Shown: in pieces, positions 27,609-39,718 of the stretch
How the letters are laid out: each line of letters begins with the position of its first letter
How positions within the stretch are numbered: position 1 is the stretch's first letter
From: an uncultured Rikenellaceae bacterium
Lineage (GTDB): Bacteria; Bacteroidota; Bacteroidia; Bacteroidales; VadinHA17
Assembly (NCBI GenBank): GCA_964596715.1
Contig: CAZQVL010000005.1
Location: 10,142-74,141, forward strand
DNA: 64,000 nucleotides
Direction: 5' to 3'
Program-made: the position numbers and the translations under genes
Notes under the pieces: model-generated
Told to the model about the DNA's origin: nothing
Databases searched by the model: none
Seen by the model: only the letters and a program-made list of their open reading frames with translations

Positions 27609-30600
27609 ATGAATATTGTAAGTAAAGTTTTGGGCCTTTTTCTCGGGAATAAGTATGAGCGGGATATGAAGGAGATTAGCCCGCATGTTGTAGAAATTTA
27701 CGAGGAGTATGAAAAAATAGTGGGTTTATCCAATGATGAACTAAGGGATCTGACAATTGTACTGAGGAAAGAAATTCACAGTGATATTGAGGCAGATGAG
27801 AAGGAGATCAAGTCGTTGAAGGAGAAAGCAGATAAGGAAGAGGATTTTGATAAGAAGGAAGAATATTATAATGAAATTGATAAAATAGAAAAGCTTATCG
27901 ATGATAAGCTTGAAGTAATACTTGATCGCTTTGTACCCAGGGCATTTGCAATTGTTAAAGAGACAGCCAGGCGATTTAAGGAAAACAGTGTACTTGAAGT
28001 TACTGCCCGCCAGTACGACAAAGATCTTGCAGCAACCAGGGAAAGTATTACGGTAAAGGGAGATAAAGCTTACTGGCAAAACACATGGATTGCAGGAGGA
28101 AATGAGATCCTCTGGGATATGGTTCATTATGATGTGCAGCTGATCGGAGGAGTTGCTCTCCATAAAGGAAAGATTGCCGAGATGAGTACCGGGGAAGGTA
28201 AGACTCTTGTGGCTACATTGCCTGTTTTCCTCAATGCCCTTGCCGGTCGCGGTGTCCATATTGTTACAGTTAATGATTATCTTTCAAAACGCGACTCAGA
28301 ATGGATGGGGCCTATTTATGAATTTCATGGTCTTACTGTTGATTGTATTGACAAACATCAGCCAAACTCAGCAGAAAGACGGAAAGCATATCTGGCCGAT
28401 ATTACCTTCGGAACAAACAATGAATATGGCTTTGATTACCTCAGGGATAATATGGCCATAAATCCGGAAGACCTTGTTCAGAGAAAACATCACTATGCTA
28501 TTGTAGACGAAGTTGATTCAGTACTGATAGATGATGCCCGTACACCTCTTATCATTTCAGGCCCGACAGCAAAAAGCGATACCCAACAGTTTGATGAACT
28601 TAAACCTAAAGTTGAAAAACTGGTAAGTGCCCAGAAAAAATTTGTTACTCAAGTGCTTGCTGAATCAAAGAAACTTATTTCCGAAGAAAAGCCTGAAGAA
28701 GGAGGTATGCTGCTTCTAAGGGCATTTAAAGGATTACCAAAGAATAATGCCCTTATCAAATTTCTGAGCGAGGAAGGCAATAAGTCGCTTCTTCTGAAGA
28801 CCGAGAACTTCTACATGCAGAATAACAGCAAGGAGATGCCTAAAGTTACAGATGAACTCTTTTTTATTATTGATGAAAAGGCTAACCAGATTGAGCTGAC
28901 TGATAAAGGTCTTGATCTTATCTCAACTTCAGTTGAAGATTCAAGCTTTTTCATCCTGCCCGATGTAGGTACAAAAATTGCCGACCTTGAAAAGACTAAT
29001 CTGAGTGATCGTGAGAAACTAAAGAAGAAAGACGAGCTTCTGCAGGACTACTCCGTTAAATCGGAAAGAGTCCACACAATGAGTCAGTTACTCAAAGCAT
29101 GGACATTATTCGACAGGGATACGGAATATGTGGTCATTGATAACAAAGTAAAGATTGTTGATGAACAAACGGGTCGTATTCTCGAAGGCCGGAGATATTC
29201 CGATGGCCTTCATCAGGCAATTGAGGCAAAAGAAAATGTTAAAGTAGAAGAGGCTACTCAGACTTATGCAACAATAACACTCCAGAATTATTTCAGAATG
29301 TACCACAAGCTTGCAGGAATGACAGGTACTGCTGAAACCGAAGCAGGAGAGTTCTGGAATATTTATAAGCTGGACGTAGTTGTTATTCCGACAAATAAAC
29401 CGGTGATCAGAACCGACATGGAGGACCGCGTCTATAAAACAAAAAGAGAAAAGTATAATGCAGTAATTGACGAAATGGTCAAAATGTTCCATGAAGGCAG
29501 ACCGGTTCTGGTAGGTACAACCTCAGTAGAAATATCAGAGCTGCTCAGCAGAATGTTAAAGATGAAAGGCCTTAAACATAATGTTCTGAATGCAAAACTC
29601 CACCAGAGAGAAGCTGAAATTGTTGCAGAAGCAGGTAAAAAAGGTACGATAACTATTGCAACCAATATGGCAGGAAGGGGAACTGACATTAAACTTGCAG
29701 AGGAGGTCAGAAAAGCTGGAGGATTGGCAATAGTAGGGACTGAGCGACACGAATCACGAAGAGTTGACCGCCAGCTTCGGGGCAGATCAGGCCGGCAGGG
29801 CGATCCGGGTTCTTCCCAGTTCTTCGTATCGCTCGAAGATGAACTGATGAGACTTTTCGGTTCAGAACGAATAGCAGGTATCATGGATAAACTCGGACTC
29901 AAGGATGGGGAAATGATCCAGCACCCCATGATATCAAGATCTATCGAACGGGCACAGAAAAAAGTAGAAGAAAACAATTTCGGTATTAGAAAAAGACTTC
30001 TCGAATATGATGATGTTATGAACTCTCAGAGAGAAGTTATCTATAAGAAAAGACGTCATGCACTTCTTGGTGAAAGATTATCTGTCGATATAGCCAACAT
30101 GATGTATGATGTAACTGAAAACCTGGTTGAGACTTATCATAATGAAGGTGATTTTGAAGGTTTCGATTTCGATCTTATACGTTCATTTTCAATGGATTCG
30201 CCTGTTACAGACCAGGATTTTATGAAAAGTAATTCCGATCAGATTACAGAAAAGGTTAATGAAAAAGTTATTAACACATATAAGCGTAAAGTTGAATCAA
30301 TTTCACAACAGGCGTATCCCGTACTGAAAGATGTATATGACCGGATGTCTCATGTTTATGAGAATGTTGTTGTGCCAATTACCGACGGAGTAAAGGTGTT
30401 TCAGGTGGTTACCAACCTCAAGGCAACTGCAGAATCGGAAGGAAAGGAACTGGCAAAAGCATACGAAAAAACTGTTGTACTTGCAACTATTGATGATGAA
30501 TGGAAAGAGCACCTTCGTGAGATGGATGAACTGAAACAGTCTGTCCAGAATGCAACTTATGAGCAAAAAGATCCGTTGCTTATCTATAAGTTTGAATCCT

Positions 30601-30935
30601 TTGAGCTTTTCAAGACAATGATTAACAAAATCAATAAAGATGTTGTAAGCACACTTATGAAGGGTCATATACCTATCCAGGATCCCGAACAGGTGAAAGA
30701 AGCTCAGAGGAAACGCCATGTTGACATGAGCAAATACAGGGCTTCAAAAAGTGATTTTTCACAGTATAGCAGTACCGGAGGAGACGGACCCGACCAAAAC
30801 CAGAAAGCAGAACCCGTAAGAGTGGAAAAGAAGGTTGGCCGAAATGATCCGTGTCCCTGTGGCAGCGGGAAAAAATATAAACATTGTCATGGAAAACACC
30901 AGGAAGCAGCTCAGGATTTGCGTCCTAATTTATGA
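27609..30935 (+). CDS. secA: preprotein translocase ATPase SecA
   Basis: 1108 aa. [43 protein letters not shown], and C-terminal Zn motif [14 protein letters not shown]. Confidence 0.97.
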   Translation: MNIVSKVLGLFLGNKYERDMKEISPHVVEIYEEYEKIVGLSNDELRDLTIVLRKEIHSDIEADEKEIKSLKEKADKEEDFDKKEEYYNEIDKIEKLIDDKLEVILDRFVPRAFAIVKETARRFKENSVLEVTARQYDKDLAATRESITVKGDKAYWQNTWIAGGNEILWDMVHYDVQLIGGVALHKGKIAEMSTGEGKTLVATLPVFLNALAGRGVHIVTVNDYLSKRDSEWMGPIYEFHGLTVDCIDKHQPNSAERRKAYLADITFGTNNEYGFDYLRDNMAINPEDLVQRKHHYAIVDEVDSVLIDDARTPLIISGPTAKSDTQQFDELKPKVEKLVSAQKKFVTQVLAESKKLISEEKPEEGGMLLLRAFKGLPKNNALIKFLSEEGNKSLLLKTENFYMQNNSKEMPKVTDELFFIIDEKANQIELTDKGLDLISTSVEDSSFFILPDVGTKIADLEKTNLSDREKLKKKDELLQDYSVKSERVHTMSQLLKAWTLFDRDTEYVVIDNKVKIVDEQTGRILEGRRYSDGLHQAIEAKENVKVEEATQTYATITLQNYFRMYHKLAGMTGTAETEAGEFWNIYKLDVVVIPTNKPVIRTDMEDRVYKTKREKYNAVIDEMVKMFHEGRPVLVGTTSVEISELLSRMLKMKGLKHNVLNAKLHQREAEIVAEAGKKGTITIATNMAGRGTDIKLAEEVRKAGGLAIVGTERHESRRVDRQLRGRSGRQGDPGSSQFFVSLEDELMRLFGSERIAGIMDKLGLKDGEMIQHPMISRSIERAQKKVEENNFGIRKRLLEYDDVMNSQREVIYKKRRHALLGERLSVDIANMMYDVTENLVETYHNEGDFEGFDFDLIRSFSMDSPVTDQDFMKSNSDQITEKVNEKVINTYKRKVESISQQAYPVLKDVYDRMSHVYENVVVPITDGVKVFQVVTNLKATAESEGKELAKAYEKTVVLATIDDEWKEHLREMDELKQSVQNATYEQKDPLLIYKFESFELFKTMINKINKDVVSTLMKGHIPIQDPEQVKEAQRKRHVDMSKYRASKSDFSQYSSTGGDGPDQNQKAEPVRVEKKVGRNDPCPCGSGKKYKHCHGKHQEAAQDLRPNL

Positions 30936-31841
30936 TCATCTGGTACTCACTTCATCAATAGCTTTTTGAATTCTTGAATATACTGTTCTGCTTACAGGAA
31001 CAAGCGGAAGTCTTAAGTTATTATGACATAAATTCATTATATTAAGCATAGCTTTTACTCCTGCAGGATTACCTTCCACAAAGAGCAATTCGATCATTTC
31101 CATGAACCGGAATTGAATTTCACGGGCTGATTTGAAATTGTTCTTCAGAGATTGGGTCACTAATTCGCAGCATTGAGCCGGGAATGCATTAGCCAGTACT
31201 GAAATAACACCCGATCCACCCGCTGCAATGATTGGCAGAGTCATCATGTCATCACCAGAGATCATAAGGAAATCTTCACGTTTCCCCTTTATTATTTTCA
31301 TAATCTGAGTGATATCTCCTGAGGCCTCTTTTATTCCGACTATGTTTTCGCAGTCGTGTGCTAACTGCAGGCAGGTGTCTGCTGAAATATTACTGCATGT
31401 TCTTCCGGGAACATTATACAGAATAACAGGTACTGGACTGCAGGTCGCAATAGCCTTAAAGTGCTGGAGTAATCCTCTCTGGTTAGGCTTGTTATAATAA
31501 GGAGCAACTGACAATATCCCATCAACCCCCTTTAAGCTTATGTGTTTTATGAAGTTGATAACTTCCTGCGTATTATTACCGCCAATACCGACTATCAGGG
31601 GTACACGTTTATCAATAGCTTCAAGAACATAAGATATTAAAGCTCTCCTTTCATCCCTGGTAAGGGTAACAGATTCACCGGTGGTACCCATGGCAACAAT
31701 GTAGTTGACTCCACCGGCAATAACATGATCAATTATTCGACCCAGAGCTGTAAAATCAATACTGGAGTCGTTCTTAAACGGTGTGACAATAGCAACACCA
31801 GTTCCTTTTAGCCTTTTCATTTTTTGCTTATCTATTAACAA
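30936..31841 (-). CDS. dapA: 4-hydroxy-tetrahydrodipicolinate synthase
   Basis: GTTGES, YNVPGRT, and the active-site Lys context GIKEASGD. Confidence 0.93.
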   Translation of the reverse strand: MLIDKQKMKRLKGTGVAIVTPFKNDSSIDFTALGRIIDHVIAGGVNYIVAMGTTGESVTLTRDERRALISYVLEAIDKRVPLIVGIGGNNTQEVINFIKHISLKGVDGILSVAPYYNKPNQRGLLQHFKAIATCSPVPVILYNVPGRTCSNISADTCLQLAHDCENIVGIKEASGDITQIMKIIKGKREDFLMISGDDMMTLPIIAAGGSGVISVLANAFPAQCCELVTQSLKNNFKSAREIQFRFMEMIELLFVEGNPAGVKAMLNIMNLCHNNLRLPLVPVSRTVYSRIQKAIDEVSTR

Positions 31842-32400
31842 TTATGTCTGGTCCTGAATTTATCATTTCAAGATAATGTAATACCTGATAAAGGTAATCA
31901 TCTATATTTACTGAGTTTTTGCAGTCAATCATAAGGTCAAAAGGTGACTGTTCAGGTTTGTTATCAGATAATCCCACCTTAAAGCATGCTTCAGATAATG
32001 ATGATATGAAATAAAGTGGAAATACCTTTTTGAAATTTATATCAATAAGAATATCAAAGCGATTATGAATAAATTGATCAGCATCAGGTGTAACCGGGAT
32101 AAAAAAATAATTTAACTCATTTTCCCTGATACAGGAAAGGTATCTTATGGCAGTATACATATCAGGTAAGATTTTCCCGGGATAGTAACCTATTATCTTA
32201 ACATTAATACCTCTTTCCTTCATCTTAAGGATGAAACCCGAGAGGGAAGGGAATTCCTGCGACCTGGATGCATCCCAGACAATACCGATATTTTTAATCT
32301 GACTAATATTGGTATATGATATTTTTCTTCTGTCCCTTGATTTCTTCCGGGAAAGAATATAATTACCAATTTTCAGTCGGATATTTTCGAATAAAACCAT
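31828..32400 (-). CDS. conserved hypothetical protein (between ligA and dapA)
   Basis: 190-aa ORF overlapping the dapA start by 14 nt. No recognisable catalytic motifs. Confidence 0.6.
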   Translation of the reverse strand: MVLFENIRLKIGNYILSRKKSRDRRKISYTNISQIKNIGIVWDASRSQEFPSLSGFILKMKERGINVKIIGYYPGKILPDMYTAIRYLSCIRENELNYFFIPVTPDADQFIHNRFDILIDINFKKVFPLYFISSLSEACFKVGLSDNKPEQSPFDLMIDCKNSVNIDDYLYQVLHYLEMINSGPDIIVNR

Positions 32401-32450
32401 TTTACAAACCTAAAATTTTTTTAATAATGTAAATAGTCTATTTCGGATTA

Positions 32451-34478
<2,028 letters not shown>

Positions 34479-34501
34479 TTATTTCTATGGCTTACCTGTT
34501 A

Positions 34502-35638
34502 TCAGTTCCAGATCCCGTCAATGGTTGTGCCGCATTTATGACATTTACCATCTTTGATAGTGTTTGAGGCAATTCTGTAACCCTGTCTCACAACAACCGT
34601 TGCTCCGCACTTAGGGCACTTTGTATCAGAATGTTCATTGCCGGGAACATTGCCTGTATAAACATAAATTAATCCTTCTTCAGCGGCAATTTCTGATGCT
34701 TTTTCCAGAACTTCGACAGGGGTGGGAGGTAACTGCTCAAGTTTATATGTAGGGTAGAACCTGCTGAAATGTATCGGAGTTTTATTAAATCCGTTATCGC
34801 TCAGCCATCTGCACATACTGCGAATCTCATCAAAGTTATCTGTCCAGTTAGGTACAATAAGATTTGTAATCTCAAGCCAGACTCCCATTTCTTTATAGAT
34901 TTTGAGAGCATCAAGGACAGGCTGGAGTTTTCCCCCGGTAAGTCTGAGATAGGTGCTGTTGTTGAATGATTTCAGATCGATGTTGGCTGCATCAATGACA
35001 CTGCAAAGTTTTCTCAGTGGTTCTTCGTAAATATAACCGTTCGATTTAACGATATTCTTAATGCCTGCCTTCCTGGCAAGAAGAGCAGTTTCATAAACAT
35101 ACTCATAAAAAGTTACTGGCTCGGAATAAGTATAAGCTATTGATCTGCAGCCTTTACTGATTGATTCTTCAACTACTTTTTCGGGCATCAGATCGTAGTT
35201 TCTTGTTTTATCCGGACTTGTTTGTGAGATTGCCCAATTCTGACAATTTAAACACACCATATTACATCCTGCTGTTGCTATTGAAAATGCCCTTGATCCG
35301 GGCAGGAAATGATAAAGGGGTTTCTTCTCCACAGGATCAACATTGGCTGAACATGGATTACCAAAAGCCAGAGTATAAAGCTTTGATTTAATTACTTTGC
35401 GGTTATTACACTCACTCAATTCACCCTCCTTGAGTACACATTCATTAGGACAAATATGGCACATTATCCCCCTGGCAGTCTCCTCCTGGAACATAGCTAT
35501 TCTTCTGTTGGTTTTCTGATCACCACTCATAATCTCAGAGAGGATTTCCGAACACGGCAGACAAATCATCCCTGTTGAAAAAGCCATGCACTTTTTTAGA
35601 AATTCACGTTTGCTTTTATCATATCTCATACTTTGCAT
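34502..35638 (-). CDS. AmmeMemoRadiSam system radical SAM enzyme with N-terminal Tat-like extension and C-terminal Zn-ribbon
   Basis: Radical SAM CX3CX2C at CNMVCLNC, preceded by CHICPNEC. PFL-activase-like core. N-terminal SKREFLKKCMAFSTGMICLP. C-terminal CPKC...CHKC. ATG at 35638 is preferred over TTG at 35650. Start is uncertain. Confidence 0.82.
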   Translation of the reverse strand: MQSMRYDKSKREFLKKCMAFSTGMICLPCSEILSEIMSGDQKTNRRIAMFQEETARGIMCHICPNECVLKEGELSECNNRKVIKSKLYTLAFGNPCSANVDPVEKKPLYHFLPGSRAFSIATAGCNMVCLNCQNWAISQTSPDKTRNYDLMPEKVVEESISKGCRSIAYTYSEPVTFYEYVYETALLARKAGIKNIVKSNGYIYEEPLRKLCSVIDAANIDLKSFNNSTYLRLTGGKLQPVLDALKIYKEMGVWLEITNLIVPNWTDNFDEIRSMCRWLSDNGFNKTPIHFSRFYPTYKLEQLPPTPVEVLEKASEIAAEEGLIYVYTGNVPGNEHSDTKCPKCGATVVVRQGYRIASNTIKDGKCHKCGTTIDGIWN

Positions 35639-35672
35639 CGTACAACGCAATTATATGTCAAAAGTAATAAAA

Positions 35673-38096
35673 CTAACGCTTATTTCCCGTTGAACAGGAA
35701 AGAAAACCGGTAAAAACCAGTGCGGCTAAAATAAAGATGGAAGACCTGATTCCAAGGGTAGGGATAATAAGTCCTGAAATAAGTATGAAACCTAAGGCCG
35801 ATCCGGCAAGATCAGCACTGTAAACAGCAGATGAGTCCGGATTATTTTCCGGACCAAGTGTCAGTACACGGAACATATGTCCGGTTATTATGGAAGGAAT
35901 AAATGTTATGGAAACAAGTAGAATGGTTACAAGGAATGCAGATCTCATTTCCGTTATCTGATTTACTAATAATCCTGTTGCAAGATAAAAAAGCACAAGT
36001 ACGATAGTTTTGATTCTAAGATGAAGGCTGTTCAAAATCCTGAGATTTACTCCTGAGCCAATAGCCAGACCGGTCATAAGTCCGGCTATGATAAGACCTG
36101 TAAGCTGGTACATGTTTCCTGCAGTAAGCTGAAGTATCAGAAGTACAATAATCTCAAATCCTGCAAGCGCAGAGGCACAGGAATACATAAGTATGTTCCT
36201 TCTTTTTATCAGAAATACTGGTAGTGCAAAGAGTACTATCATTAAGATTATTGCGGGGGTCTTCTCATGAAGGCTCTTACTTAGATTATATGATTGATAA
36301 AAGAAACATGCTATAGGGTAAAAAGATCTGTTTTTGCTTATGCTTCTGTCCATTAATGACAATATTTCTTCAGACTTTGATTTAATAAGATCATCAGCCA
36401 GAAAGTCCTGGCTTACATAAATATTTTTAATTTTTTTCATTTCTGCAAGTTCACAGAATGATGTTGACACAGTATGATCTGAAGCAATAAAATAGAGTTT
36501 GTGACCTTCAACAGGTATAATATTCTTAAATGTATCTGAAAGGCTGTTATAAATCGATGAATACAGTTTTACAGATTCTTTGTTAAGATAGTCTGCTGAA
36601 ATACCCGGAGAGCACATAAATATGCCTCCGGAGTTAAGCCTTTTACTTACAATATTAAAGAACTCTGTAGTGTAATACTTATTTAGAAGGAGAGAGGAGG
36701 GAGGCGGAAGCAGCAGAATTATTACATCAAACATTTTCTCAGTATTTCTCATATATCTGAAAGCATCGTTATTCTCAATATGCAGATCTTGATATTTCTC
36801 TGTAAATCCTTGTTCTATTCTTATCAGTGCAGGATCCCGCTCAACATATACGATTTCGTGTACCGGGTATTTAAATATCTCAGGAATATGCGAATTTATC
36901 GACCCTGAGATAAGAAGTACCCGTTCAGGTTCAGTACTTTGAAGCATGGCATAGTGTATATTTTCTTCTCTTTCAATTACATCGTCGTGATAAGAAAGAA
37001 GCCGCTGATTGTAATAAACACTCTGCTCACCACTGTATTCTCCTGTTGTGATATTACCATAAGGTGTCTCCTTAGTTCCGGTTATCTTGATACCTGGCAG
37101 GAGAAGACTCCTGAAAAGAATATCAGGGTTAGAAATTATAAGAGTAATAAACACCATAAATAATAATATCCGGGTGATAACTTTAACTATTGCGATCTTT
37201 ACAATAAATGATAAGATGACATATGATAAAGCTGAAGTGATCAGCAATAAGATCATTTGATACGTGTTCAGGAAACCGGCACCTAAGACTGAAATCATAA
37301 TACCTGCGACAATTCCACCTATTGTTTCTAATGAAAAGGATTTACCGGGAACATATTTTTTTTCAGTTGCTGCAGCAGAGATTAGTTTAATAAAAGTGAA
37401 GCCCGAAACAATACAAAAGGGAATCAACACAAGAAATGTGAATATCATGCTTTCAAGAAATGAAGGAGTTTCTCCTGTCTCAAGGAAAAGTCGTGAAAGC
37501 AGGATTAATAGAAAAATTGAAATCAAAGGGCTGGTTGAAAAGATGAGATTTATTTTTTTCAGATCATTCAGGTTTGATTTTCCTGCGATTACAGCACCTG
37601 CTGCTGATCCGATCAACCATGAACCCAGGAATGTTCCGGTTATGAGCTCATACCCGCCGGAGATGTTCATCATCTCCCTGATAAGTAAAAGTTGAAATGA
37701 GGAGCTTACAAAACCAATAACAAATAAATTCAGAGCAATATCTGTTGATCCGTTTTTCCATGATACACTGTCTGAAAGAGGTTTGTCCTGTTTTTCGAAC
37801 AGCCTTTTGAAATATGACAAATGCCAGATGAAGTGAAATAGACCAGTAGTTGCCAGTCCTGCACCACACTCAACGTGCCACCTGAGGACTGATTTGATAA
37901 TGGGAATATTCCATTTATAGGTTATCTGAAGTGCAAGAAATAAACCTGCAAGTGCAGTGACAAGAAATGTTATTGCAAGGATTGAGTTCCAGAACTTCCT
38001 GTGAATCTGTACTGAATAAAAACCAGTCCGGTAAAAAAAGTAACTAAGTAGGTATAAGATTATTGCCGTTAAGCCTGTTCCAATGACATGATACAT
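35673..38096 (-). CDS. polytopic membrane protein with central spermidine-synthase-fold (SpeE-like) domain
   Basis: 807 aa. Multiple TM helices at the N-terminus (~330 aa) and C-terminus (~200 aa). Central Rossmann segment VLLISGS...VYVERDPALI...DAFRYM...FDVIILLLPPP...GGIFMC is typical of aminopropyltransferase-like folds. Confidence 0.75.
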   Translation of the reverse strand: MYHVIGTGLTAIILYLLSYFFYRTGFYSVQIHRKFWNSILAITFLVTALAGLFLALQITYKWNIPIIKSVLRWHVECGAGLATTGLFHFIWHLSYFKRLFEKQDKPLSDSVSWKNGSTDIALNLFVIGFVSSSFQLLLIREMMNISGGYELITGTFLGSWLIGSAAGAVIAGKSNLNDLKKINLIFSTSPLISIFLLILLSRLFLETGETPSFLESMIFTFLVLIPFCIVSGFTFIKLISAAATEKKYVPGKSFSLETIGGIVAGIMISVLGAGFLNTYQMILLLITSALSYVILSFIVKIAIVKVITRILLFMVFITLIISNPDILFRSLLLPGIKITGTKETPYGNITTGEYSGEQSVYYNQRLLSYHDDVIEREENIHYAMLQSTEPERVLLISGSINSHIPEIFKYPVHEIVYVERDPALIRIEQGFTEKYQDLHIENNDAFRYMRNTEKMFDVIILLLPPPSSLLLNKYYTTEFFNIVSKRLNSGGIFMCSPGISADYLNKESVKLYSSIYNSLSDTFKNIIPVEGHKLYFIASDHTVSTSFCELAEMKKIKNIYVSQDFLADDLIKSKSEEILSLMDRSISKNRSFYPIACFFYQSYNLSKSLHEKTPAIILMIVLFALPVFLIKRRNILMYSCASALAGFEIIVLLILQLTAGNMYQLTGLIIAGLMTGLAIGSGVNLRILNSLHLRIKTIVLVLFYLATGLLVNQITEMRSAFLVTILLVSITFIPSIITGHMFRVLTLGPENNPDSSAVYSADLAGSALGFILISGLIIPTLGIRSSIFILAALVFTGFLSCSTGNKR

Positions 38097-38098
38097 AG

Positions 38099-39607
38099 TT
38101 ACTTTTTATTTTCTTCAAGAACAATCCCCTCGTAAATATATAACTCTGCATTCTTCCATCCATCCCAACCCAATCCAGCTTTATCACGTGAGGTGTAACC
38201 AAGAAATTCTTCTATACTCCAGCCATTTTCTGTGGCAACCTGCGGTAGCATTGTCCCTGTATGGTAGTCTTTTTTTATATATATACCATGTTTACCTAAA
38301 ATAATTTCCTTTATATCATTTATTTTCCTTAATGGGCCAAGGAGGGTTATCTCAATATCAGTTTTCTCATACTCCTCTTTTGTCAATGGAGAAAAACGCA
38401 TATCTTCAAATGCAGAAGAAAGAGCGGATGCTGATACAACTTCATACAGAGGATCAGATGAAGTGAATCTTCCGATACAACCTCTCAGTTTTCCATCTAT
38501 TTTTAATGTAACAAATGCACCAAGTTGTTTTTTAAAAACTTCCGGGAGATTTTTTTCATCTAACGAGATTCTTTTTTTATCATACAACATCGACCGGATG
38601 CTGTTACGTGCGATAGAGAAAAGCTCCTGAGCTTCATCTTCAGAAAGATTTATTTCCTCACTTAAATTCCGATTTTCTTCCGGGATACTATTTTTCTCAC
38701 ATAGGGCAATTGCGTGATAACCAACAACTTCATCCTTGCTGCCATAAGGTGAATCACCTGAATTACAGTAGTGGATCCGTTTATATTCAAGCTGATCATT
38801 ACCCTCAGACAGGTACAAAAGGAGCAGTCCGGATGTCCAGCCACACATACAGGTAGATAAACCGGGGATTCTTTTGTACGAATTTTCCTTAATTGTATTG
38901 AGGAATACCTGGGGATTTCCTGATACAATACTGTTAGCAGTTGAGTTATCTGTTTCGACTGCATTCCTGTAAGATGGATAATGTGAAAAATCACTGCTTA
39001 TAACAAACAGATTTTCTGCTGTAAACCAGGGTCTCAATGCTTCTGCTATTTTTTTTATGCTGCTGATATTGTTAGTGCCTATTATTATTGGTATAATCAT
39101 AGGTTCGGATGTGAAATAATATTGTATGAATGGTATCTGTACTTCAAGGCTATGGTCCTGTATATGAGCTGTTTCCGGAAAGTGAAAGATCTTGTTCTCA
39201 TCTTTCAGTTTATTGGCTATTTCTTTGTTTACAATAATTTTCCCGAGAGGAGTGATAAAATCACCGGAATTATATACTGATGCGCCGTCGAATGCCATGA
39301 CATGGCTGGATCCTATAATAAAGATATTTTTTATCGGACTATTGGGATCGACAGCAGAAAAAGCCGAAGCAGCAACCTTTCCGGAGAAAACATAACCTGC
39401 ATGGGGGCTGATTATGGCTTTGACTTTAGGATTCCCGGATATCTTAACGCAGCTGCTGAAGAGCTCCGAAATATCTCTTATAAGTGTTTCTTTATTTGCC
39501 GCGTAAAATCTACCTGCAGCAACCGGTTGCCTGTCAACCGACCTGTTCTGGGAATACGTTTCCATAGCAATAATAATTGAAATCAATATTAAGCTTATAG
39601 TTCGCAT
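38099..39607 (-). CDS. fused AmmeMemoRadiSam system protein B (Memo-like) and protein A (AMMECR1-like), with N-terminal signal peptide
   Basis: N-terminal half has AGRFY ... SPHAGYVFSG ... HSLEVQIPF (Memo family). C-terminal half has GAFVTLKIDGKLRGCIGRF (AMMECR1). ATG at 39607 gives MRTISLILISIIIAMETYSQ. The ORF-track TTG is at 39619. Confidence 0.85.
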   Translation of the reverse strand: MRTISLILISIIIAMETYSQNRSVDRQPVAAGRFYAANKETLIRDISELFSSCVKISGNPKVKAIISPHAGYVFSGKVAASAFSAVDPNSPIKNIFIIGSSHVMAFDGASVYNSGDFITPLGKIIVNKEIANKLKDENKIFHFPETAHIQDHSLEVQIPFIQYYFTSEPMIIPIIIGTNNISSIKKIAEALRPWFTAENLFVISSDFSHYPSYRNAVETDNSTANSIVSGNPQVFLNTIKENSYKRIPGLSTCMCGWTSGLLLLYLSEGNDQLEYKRIHYCNSGDSPYGSKDEVVGYHAIALCEKNSIPEENRNLSEEINLSEDEAQELFSIARNSIRSMLYDKKRISLDEKNLPEVFKKQLGAFVTLKIDGKLRGCIGRFTSSDPLYEVVSASALSSAFEDMRFSPLTKEEYEKTDIEITLLGPLRKINDIKEIILGKHGIYIKKDYHTGTMLPQVATENGWSIEEFLGYTSRDKAGLGWDGWKNAELYIYEGIVLEENKK

Positions 39608-39718
39608 GGTATAATGCAATAAAATGGCGTAATAAAGTTAGGCCAAAAAATTAAAAGATACTCTTGTTAATGAGAGAAATTAAAAAAGGAAGGACTATTT
39701 GAAGGATTATATGATGGA

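Noticed and set aside
27741-30719. Several 64-181-aa antisense ORFs inside secA (27741-28259, 29106-29492, 29432-29977, 30303-30719)
   Set aside because: They are embedded antisense to a strongly supported 1108-aa secA. The sequences are low-complexity and Cys/Phe/Ile-rich with no motifs. This is typical of shadow ORFs.
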